From positions 39,265 through 103,264 of IMG/VR virus record IMGVR_UViG_3300037504_000888: a DNA stretch of 64,000 nt. One strand, written 5' to 3'. The DNA comes from a virus. How positions within the stretch are numbered: the first letter of the stretch is position 1; each line of letters opens with the position of its first letter. A model generated the notes under the pieces. It was given only the letters and a program-made list of their open reading frames with translations, was not told the DNA's origin and did no database searches. Positions 40,236-49,200 of this stretch are shown here, piece after piece. The position numbers were made by a program, and so were the translations under genes.

Positions 40236-41464
40236 GATGGGCCCTTGTAGTACTTCAACAACTTCGAGTCGTACAACGTCGAGCAGACCTCTTCAGCGAC
40301 GTCGGCGACGTCCGGATCGTCGTGAGTGGTGTCGAGGTTGGCAGAGACGAGTTGCTGGGTGGGTTGGACCGTGATGTCGGCGAAGCCCGAGTTCACAATG
40401 GCGTCGTTCAGCAGGTTCCAGCAGGCCACGGCCTTGGCTGCTTGTTCCTTCTTGTCCTTGATGTCGGCGACGTGAGCTGCGCAGGAATTGAAAACTACTC
40501 GGGCAATATCGATGCGTTTGGGGATTGTCCAACCCTTCGTCAGTACATCGTGCGGTTTGGGCAGGTCGAACTTGCGGGCGTAGTTCGCCCATTCAACGGC
40601 CAAGCCCTTGCCGACTAACGCCTCGACGATGTCCGTCTCGAGACTGGGGTCGAAGCCCAGGCAACGAACGGCGCAAACGCCGTGGATGGCCCATTCCCAG
40701 GTGCGGTGTGATGGCCAAGCACCCGCAGCACGGGGGTCATCCGAGTCGGGTTGGTCGAACAGCTTGCTGCGCCTGTGCTCCTTGCCATCGGCATCTTTGA
40801 CGATGAACTGGCTGTTGTTCGCCATCATGAAGTCTTCAGCGAGTGCGGCGACGTTGGGCCATTCGAACGGCCAGTTCTGCTTGACGCGGTCCTCGCCGAC
40901 ACGGATGCCTTCGACGTTCGGCTGGTTGCGCTTCATGATGTAGTCGCACCACTCTCGCGGCGTCGGGGGGTCGTACTGGAAGTGGGCGACGCGGTTGGCC
41001 ATGGGGACCTCGAGGTCGTGGCCGTTGGCGGCTATGTCCGCTGGGTTCATCGCCATGACGATGCGGACGCCGACGGGCAGGACGTACTCACCAACAGTGC
41101 GCTCGTTGACGAACGAGAGCAGGGCGGCCTGTACGGCGGGGGGCGCTGTGGAAATCTCGTCGAGGTAGATGACCGCCACCTGGTCGTCCACCGCATGGAG
41201 AACCTGTGGCAGCGCGCAGCGGAGCATGAACCCCTCACTGGTGTTGGCAGGGAAACCACCGATATGCTCGGGGGTTTTCGTCGCTGCATAGATGGGGTAG
41301 CAGTTCATACCGGTCCAACTGACTACCGTTCTGATGCGCTTGCTCTTACCGGTGCCTGGGGCACCGATGTAGTTCGGGACGATTCCCCAGGGACACAACG
41401 GGTCGTTGGGGTCCTCAAGCGGCGTCAGAAGGCACGCCAGCAGACTCTGTTCGAACTTGCCCAT
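40232..41464 (-). CDS. MoxR-family AAA+ ATPase
   Basis: AGGAGG RBS; GAPGTGKS, YLDEI..APP.VQAALL, AMNP, ANR; paired with VWA gene. Confidence 0.85.
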   Translation of the reverse strand: MGKFEQSLLACLLTPLEDPNDPLCPWGIVPNYIGAPGTGKSKRIRTVVSWTGMNCYPIYAATKTPEHIGGFPANTSEGFMLRCALPQVLHAVDDQVAVIYLDEISTAPPAVQAALLSFVNERTVGEYVLPVGVRIVMAMNPADIAANGHDLEVPMANRVAHFQYDPPTPREWCDYIMKRNQPNVEGIRVGEDRVKQNWPFEWPNVAALAEDFMMANNSQFIVKDADGKEHRRSKLFDQPDSDDPRAAGAWPSHRTWEWAIHGVCAVRCLGFDPSLETDIVEALVGKGLAVEWANYARKFDLPKPHDVLTKGWTIPKRIDIARVVFNSCAAHVADIKDKKEQAAKAVACWNLLNDAIVNSGFADITVQPTQQLVSANLDTTHDDPDVADVAEEVCSTLYDSKLLKYYKGPS

Positions 41465-41750
41465 TCCTCCTCCTTTCCAGAACGAGATTGACTTCGGGGC
41501 ACCATTGCGCCCCGATTGCCGTGATCACGGTCTTCTTCTTCAAGACCAAATAGCCCTTTTCTTTTCCGTAGCTAAAGGGAACGTAGGTACCGCCAGGCAC
41601 TTTGATGAGTTCGTCGTGTTCCGTGGCGCGCTCAATGGCTTTCGCGACCTTATCCAGGATTCTGGTCTGAGGGGCGGTGGAAGCGGCCTTCCACCGCTCC
41701 CGTATCCTCCTCAGCGCATGGGCGGTCACGTAGTTCAGACCGACACCCAA
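41415..41750 (-). CDS. Small protein with T.HA..R..ER motif (RelE-like/DUF4258-like fold)
   Basis: YVTAHALRRIRER...TVITAI. Confidence 0.45.
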   Translation of the reverse strand: MGVGLNYVTAHALRRIRERWKAASTAPQTRILDKVAKAIERATEHDELIKVPGGTYVPFSYGKEKGYLVLKKKTVITAIGAQWCPEVNLVLERRRNGQVRTESAGVPSDAA

Positions 41751-42310
41751 GGTTGCTTTCTCCTTTCACGCTCGCGTTCGATGGCATCTTCTTTGATGCC
41801 GCTTTCTTCGTCCCACAACTCGATGAGCGAGACGTTCAACTCGTTCAAGCACGTTGTGCAGAGGTAGTCGGGGTAGGAGTGAAAAGCGACGTCGAGGACG
41901 TCGCTAAGGTTTGGTTGGTACGCAGAGAGCTCGAATTGTCCGTCGTGGATAACGCCGAGCTCCTCGCCCTCGGCTACCTCGGAGGAGCAGCACGAGCAGA
42001 TACAAGCCACGTTGTGCTTGTTCTTGTCGACCTTAATAGGGTCGAGGTCCTCCATGTACTCGAGCAGTGAGCGCTCCGTCTCTTCCCAGCACTTCTTATG
42101 GAAGAAGTAAGGAGCGTGGGTGAAGTCCCCGTCCTCGTCCAGAATCTTCTCGAAGTGCAGCACCCACTGCTGTGAGGTTTGGTCGAAGATGCGGTAGGGA
42201 CGCACTACTTGTATGAGCCCGACCTGATCGCTCGGGTCGAACTCTTCCCCGCAGCCTCCACAGCTGTGAGCCATCTGCATCAGCACCCGGCGTACCCGGG
42301 ATGGGCTCAT
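41735..42310 (-). CDS. Acidic double zinc-finger hypothetical protein
   Basis: CGGC...HKKC and CSCC...CTTC; ATGA overlap at 42307-42310. Confidence 0.55.
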   Translation of the reverse strand: MSPSRVRRVLMQMAHSCGGCGEEFDPSDQVGLIQVVRPYRIFDQTSQQWVLHFEKILDEDGDFTHAPYFFHKKCWEETERSLLEYMEDLDPIKVDKNKHNVACICSCCSSEVAEGEELGVIHDGQFELSAYQPNLSDVLDVAFHSYPDYLCTTCLNELNVSLIELWDEESGIKEDAIERERERRKQPWVSV

Positions 42311-42918
42311 AGGTCTCTCCACGTTAGGTCCTCCTGCTCGACTTTCTTCCACCGGCGGTGGAGTGTGTCGAGCGCGATATCAGGACCAAGCCCCGTCTCC
42401 GGGTCGTAGTCCATGACCAAGATGTCGAGTCGCTGCACGTCTCGGTTCTTGCTGGTATGTAAGCGCCGACGGAGTTCGATCTCCGGCAGCGGGTAGTAGC
42501 CGCCCGCCTCTTGCGCGAAGTCCCGACGGATGTCGAGCTCGCAGAAGTGCAGGTCGTCGGCTACGTCTTCTTCGTCCATCCACAGCCCATACCAACCCTC
42601 GAGCTCATCCCCGATCTCGGGGTACTTCTCCTGCGTCCAGGGGCATAGCTCGCCGGGCTTAACTTGGCCCAGGAGCAAGTCGAGGTCTTGCTGGCTGACG
42701 AACGAAACGATGTTGTGACCGTCCACGACGCGAATCCTCGCTCCATGGTTGGGTCGGTTCATGAGCGGCTTGAAGCCGCCTGTTACGGTCCACACGCGAC
42801 CCGTGTCGTACGGGTCGCGGAATCTACATCCAATCTGAGTCGGGGTCTCGATCAGCATACGCGTCCCAGGCACGCATTCGAGCGACCTCTCGTACGCGTT
42901 CAGGATCGGCATTGTCAT
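42307..42918 (-). CDS. Hypothetical protein
   Basis: AGGAG RBS; 203 aa. Confidence 0.55.
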   Translation of the reverse strand: MTMPILNAYERSLECVPGTRMLIETPTQIGCRFRDPYDTGRVWTVTGGFKPLMNRPNHGARIRVVDGHNIVSFVSQQDLDLLLGQVKPGELCPWTQEKYPEIGDELEGWYGLWMDEEDVADDLHFCELDIRRDFAQEAGGYYPLPEIELRRRLHTSKNRDVQRLDILVMDYDPETGLGPDIALDTLHRRWKKVEQEDLTWRDL

Positions 42919-43038
42919 TCTCCTGCTGTAGTTTCTCTGCGGCTAGAAAAGGCCAACGGTCGGCGCACCAGAGTGCGAGGCCCTGAAGTACGCCGACCGT
43001 TAGTCCCAGCAGGAACACTTCGTCCTGCCACACCCTCA

Positions 43039-43185
43039 CTACCTGGAGTCCTCCTTCCTCCCCCTGTTGTTTTGCCGATTGGAGTCCTCCTTTTTCTTCG
43101 ACTCGTCGTCGCTGGAGGTCTTCTCGTTGTCGTCTGTGGGTGGCTCCCACAGACTTGCTTTTTCTTCTTTCAATTGGCTCGTCAA
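43039..43185 (-). CDS. Small highly charged 48-aa protein, first gene of the leftward block
   Basis: AAGGAG RBS, TTG start: MTSQLKEEKASLWEPPTDDNEK... Confidence 0.45.
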   Translation of the reverse strand: MTSQLKEEKASLWEPPTDDNEKTSSDDESKKKEDSNRQNNRGRKEDSR

Positions 43186-43224
43186 TGGTTCTCCTTGCGA
43201 GCGAGGGTATACGCGCCCGTCGAA

Positions 43225-43235
43225 GCTGTTATGCC
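43225..43235 (-). promoter_or_regulatory. Candidate promoter motif GGCATAACnGC (copy 3)
   Basis: In the divergent intergenic region, about 40 nt upstream of TTG 43185. Confidence 0.5.
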
Positions 43236-43291
43236 GGTGAATAGCGCGTTGTTGCCGGCCAGAAGCTGGCTGATGTACGCTATGGAGGCGT

Positions 43292-46200
43292 ATGGCCTAC
43301 ACTGATCCAAAAGAGGCGTTTGAGGACCTGAAGGCAGCTACCCTAGAGGGGCTGACTGCGAACTTTCCCATCACCGGGAAGAAGCAGACCATTGAGCTCG
43401 ACGGGCTCGAGGTGAAAGAGGATCACCTTGACCCTGACGATATCGAGACGCAGCACGAGGCCAAGGTGAAGGGAAAGAGCTGGGCTGCGCCGATCTACGG
43501 CAACCTGGTCATGCGCAATACCGCCACGGGTGATGTCGTCGACAGGAAGCGGGTGAAGCTCGGTGACGTCCCACATATGACGAAGCGCCACGCCTACATC
43601 GTCAACGGTGGAGAGTTCCAGGTCGACAACCAGTGGCGGCTCAAGCCTGGTGTATACGTCCGACGTACAAAGGGTGGTGTGGGTAGGGTCGAGTCGCAGT
43701 TCAACGTCCCCAATCGTTCTAACTTCGCTGTCACCTACGACCAGGACAAGCGCACGTTCAAGATGAAGCGGGGCAAGTCTGAGGCCATTCCGGTCTACCC
43801 GTTGATGAAAGAGCTTGGGGTCGACGACGACGAGCTCGAGAAGACGTGGGGTAAGGAGATCCTGGAGGCCAACAAGAGTGCTCGCGCCAAGACCAATGCG
43901 CTCGAGGCATTCTTCAAGGCCGACAAGAAGCGAGCGCCCAAAGACAAGGATGAAGCGCGACAGTACTTCCATCAGGTGATGCGGGAGTCCGAGCTGCGAA
44001 AGGACTCCACCGAGCTCACGATGGGCAAGTCGTTCGACCACATCAACGGCGACCTATTTAAGCGCGCCACCACCAAGATGATCAAGGTGATGAACGGTGA
44101 CGAGCAGGAAGATGAGCGAGACAGTCTGGTCTTCAAGGACCTCCGCACCGCCGCCGATCATGTGAAGGAGAGACTCACCTCCCCGAACGTACAGAAGGCC
44201 ATCAAGGCGCGCACTGACCGCAAGATAGACCAGTCTGACAGCATCCGGCAGGTCATCAAGGGCGAGCTCTTCAGCGCGCCGCTCAAGCAGACCTTCACCA
44301 GCAACGCGCTCTCCCGGGACGCCGACCAGGTCAACCCCGTGGAGATGCTGGCCTCGAGCTTCCAGACTACTGTCATGGGCGCCGGCGGCATCCAGAGTGA
44401 CCATACTCTTAGCGAGGAGGTGAAGCTCATCAGCCCCAGCCACCTGGGCTTCCTCGACCCGGTCAAGACCCCTGAGGGTGGACGAACAGGCGTGACGCTG
44501 CGGCTGCCGATGGGAGTGGAGAAGAGCAAGGATGGCCGCCCCGTCATTCCCGTGTACAACGTGAAGACCGGGAAAATGGAGCAGATCGATCCGCTTCAGT
44601 TCCACAAGTCTCGCGTCGTGCTCCCCGATCAGGTGAAGTGGGAGAAGGGTAAGCCAAAACCCATCGGTGAATCGGTGGTGATGAGCCAGAAAGGAAACGA
44701 GATCGAGGACGGCAGCTTCAACGACGCACAGTACGTGCTGACGAAGCCGAGCCAGATGTTCTCGATGACGACGAACCTCATCCCCTTTCTGGGGAACAAC
44801 TCCGGCAACCGCGCCACCTACGCGGCCACGCAGATGGAGCAGGCCATCAGTCTACAGGGGCGAGAAAAACCGCTGGTGCAGTCAGGCACAGGTAGTCGTG
44901 ACATCAAGACCTTCGAAGACTTCGTAGGCCGCAACAGCGCTCAGGTCTCGGACACTGATGGTGAGGTCATCGCCGTCAACAAGAAGCATGTCTCCATCAA
45001 GCGCCCCGATGGAACGGTGAAGAAGGTTGGGCTCTATAACAACTTCCCGCTCAACGACCAGAAGTCCGTGCTTACCAGCGAACCCAAGGTCAAAGTCGGT
45101 CAGAAGGTGAAGAAGGGAGACTTGGTCGCTGACAACAACTTCACCGAGGACGGGAGTCTGGCGCTCGGCACCAATCTCGTCTCGGGCTACGTGCCTTTCA
45201 AGGGGCTGAACTTCGAGGACGGTGTCGTCATTAGCGAGAGTGCTGCCAAGAAGATGAGTTCAGTCCATATGCACAAGCCGTCCATCACGGTAGGCAAGGA
45301 TCTCGTCACCGACGTCAAAAACTTCTACGTCAATCACCCTACGACGTTTACCAAGGACCAGAAGAACTTGCTTGGAGACGACGGCGTGGTGAAGGTGGGA
45401 CAGAAGGTCATGCCTGGTGACCCGTTGGTGCTTGCCAGTAAGCCCTACGAATCGAAGGGGTCGCTCAGTCTTCATAAGCTGCGCAAGAGCATGTCCAACC
45501 AGCACATGGACCAAAGCCTCACATGGAAGAGCGATTACCCAGGTGAGGTGGTGGGTGTACACAGGAACAAGAAGGGAGAGCTCAGCGTCCATGTGAAGAC
45601 CATCGAGCCGATGCAGATCGGCGATAAGATGACTGGACGCGCTGGCAACAAAGGCATCGTCACAGCAGTTCTGCCCGACTCTGAGATGCCACAGCTCAAG
45701 AAGGGCTTGCAGACGAATGTGGGTGCCAAGGACCTAGTCGGTAAGGAGCTGCAGAAGGATGCGGTCATCGGCGGCAAGAAGTACCAGGCCGGTACCAAGA
45801 TCGACAACAGCTTGGCGCAGGAGATGCGGCAGAAGGACCCGAACGCCGCGGTGGTCGTCAAACAGAACCTCGAGGTCGCCCTCAACCCCAGCGGCGTGCC
45901 TGGACGCATGAACATGGGCCAGGTGCTAGAGACGGCTGCGGCGAAGATCGCCAAGAAGACCGGCAAGCCCTACGTCGTCGAGAACTTCCGCAGCCACGAC
46001 GACGCCATCACCAAGGTTCAGAAGGAGTTGAAAGACCACGGTCTCGAGGATCAGGAGGATCTAGTCGACCCGGTGACGGGGCAGAGCCTCGGCAAGGCCC
46101 TGGTTGGACCGCAGCATCTCTTCAAGTTGAACTTCCAGATCGACAAGAAGGTCAGCGTTCGCTCCGGTATGCACCTTGAAGGTGCCGAGCCCGAGGGCTA

Positions 46201-49200
46201 CGACCCGTCTACGCTCATTCCGCAGGGCGGTGGCAAGACCGGCGGTCAGTCGATGGGTAACCTCGGGATGTACTCGTTGTTGGCCCACGGCGCCAAGTCG
46301 AACATCCGAGAGATGCAGACTTGGAAAAGCGAGGGCCCCGACCCGCGGGAGAAGTGGGACTCGCAGCACATTGATGTATGGAAGGCGATGATGACGGGCG
46401 AGGAACCCCCTCCACCCAAGAAGACCTTCGCGTTCCAGAAGTTCGAGGACATGATGCGCGCCAGCGGTATCAACATCGAGCGCAAGGGCAACAAGATGCA
46501 GCTCGTGCCCCTCACCGATGCGCAGGTACTAGAGATGTCTTCGGGCGAGGTAAAGAACTCGAACGCTGCAGTGGGTTGGGCAAAGGACAAGCAGGGAGAG
46601 CCCAAGCCCATCAAAGACGGCATCTTCGATCCACGCCTGACGGGTGGTCACGGTGGCAAGAAGTGGAGCCACATGACGCTGCCCGAGCCGATGCCGAATC
46701 CGGTTTTCGAAGGCGCCATTCAGAAGGTGCTGGGGTTGACTGAGAAGCAGTATGAGGCTGTCGTCACTGGCGAAAAGGGCATCAAGGACGGCAAGGTCGT
46801 CTCCGCCAATGAACGAGGGGCGAAGTTTGGGGGTGGTGCCATCGCCGGCATGCTCGAGAAGGTCGATCTCGACTCCGAGTTGAAGAGGGCCGAGAAGGAA
46901 CTGAAAGAGATGAAGTTGCCTGCGGACTTGGCACACCGTGATGGTACTCAGGCGGTTGACAAGACGGCGAAGAAGGTACGCATGCTACGGGCGCTGAAGT
47001 CCGCCGATATGAGTCCCAAGGACGCCTACACCATCAAGAACCTGCCGGTCATGCCCCCGATGATGCGCCCAGTGAGCTTCCTGCCCAGCGGCGACATGAG
47101 CGAGGCGGATATCAACGCGCTCTACACCCGTTTCGGCGGCATCGCTAAGAACATGAAGGACCCAGACTGGCGTGGTCTGCCGACGTCCAAGAAGAAAGAA
47201 GACTACTCCAAGCTTTACGACGGCATGCGAACGTTGATGGGGGTCGGTCCCAACTGGGATAATCGAGGTAAGCAGCCCAAGGGATTGCTTCTACAGATGG
47301 CCGGCAAGAATCCCAAGTCAGGCTATTTCCAGGATACACTGCTCAGTCGTAGGCAGGACATGACGATGCGGGGCACCATTACCCCCGAGCCGCACATGAG
47401 CATTGACGAGGTCGGCTTGCCCACGGCCAAAGCAATGGACTTGTTTCGCCCCTTCGTCGTCGAGAAGCTGCAGACCATGGGTCATGCAAGCTCGCCGCGT
47501 GAGGCGCTCGATATACTATCGAAGGAGCGCAAGAAGAAGCTTCCGAACAAGGCCGTGACCAAGGCGCTCGACTTGGTCATGGATGAGAGACCCGTCATGC
47601 TCAAGCGCGACCCGTCGCTACACAAACACAGCGTACAAGCATTTCGAGCGCGCCGTGCACCAGGCAAGGCCATCCAGATCCACCCATTGGTGACCGGCGG
47701 CTTCAACGCGGACTTCGATGGGGACACGATGGCGGCGTACGTGCCGGTGGGCAAGGACGCCGTCAAGGAAGCGTTCGACATGATGCCGTCGAAGAACATC
47801 TACAACGAGGCAAGCGGCAAGGTGATGTACACGCCGAGCCTCGATTCCAGTCTGGGTCTCTACAAACTAAGCCGGGTGACGGGAGACTCGAAGAAGGAGT
47901 TCAAGACCCACGCCGACCTACTGAAAGCGGCGCAGAAGGGTCAGGTCTCGATGACCGATACGGCTACAGTCGGCGGCAAGAAGACCACGGCTGGTCGCGT
48001 CATGCTCGCCAGCTCTGTGCCGGAGAAGATGTCCAATACCATGCTGCACGACCTCAACTTGAAGCTTGACAAGGGCGGCGTGAATCGCGTCTACACGCAG
48101 CTCGCCAAAGAGCACAAGGATGAGTTCGGAGACGCCGCTGGCAAGCTGATGAACTTGGGGTACGAGGCCAGCTTCGGTGCAGTGAAGGTTCAGAATCCCT
48201 CCACCAAGGGCACGGCCTTTGCTGTCGAGAAGGAGGGTGAGGACCCGAAGAAGCATGTGCAGTTCCTTCCCATGGGTGGTACGCACTCATTCGGGCTCAA
48301 GGACTTTTCCCCCGACAAGTCGGTGCGTGACCCGATCATCAAGACAACGCAAAAGAAGGTTGAAGACATTCAGAAGAAGACAGGTCTCTCCAAGAAGGAG
48401 AAGGATCGGCAGATTACCGAGCTCTGGTTCGATGCCACCGAGAAGATAGAGAAGAAACACGAGGAGAAGAGCAAGAGGAGTCCTAACAACCTGCAGCTGA
48501 TGAAGGAGGCTGGCGTCAAGCCGAGCCCTGACCAGTACCGCCAGCTCACACTGGCTCCGATGCTGCTCACCGACAGCGCCAACCGGGTACTGCCCAAGCC
48601 GGTGACGAAGAGCTACTCCGAGGGACTCGACGTGGGCTCATACTGGAATCAGATGAGCGGTGCTCGCCGCGGTAGCGTGTTGAAGGTGCAGGAGGTGCAG
48701 GACCCGGGCTACTTCACCAAGCGTCTGATGAACGTCAACATGGGTTCGCAGGTGTCTGCGGATGACTGCCAAACGGGGCGTGGCGTAGCGATGAACGTCG
48801 GCGACCAGAACATCTACGACCGTGAGTTGGCACAGGACATGAAGGTCAAAGGGGCGGTGCTCCCCAGGGGCACAACGTTGACTCCTGACGTTGTGCAGAC
48901 CATCAAAGCTGCAGACAAGAACGCGAACATCTTGGTGCGCAGCCCACTCAAGTGCCAGCACGATAGCGGTATCTGTCAGCATTGTGCGGGACGGTCCCCC
49001 GACGGTGACTACTACAAAAAGGGCACTAACGTTGGCGTGCTAGCGACGCAGGCGCTGGGTGAGCGGTCGACGCAGCTCACGCTAAAGGCGTTTCACTCCG
49101 GTGGGATCGCCAAACGCGACCAGGGCCTGGTCAACGACTTCAAACGCGTTCTCGAATTGACGGAGATGCCAAAAGACATCCCGAACCAGGCGACTGTAGC

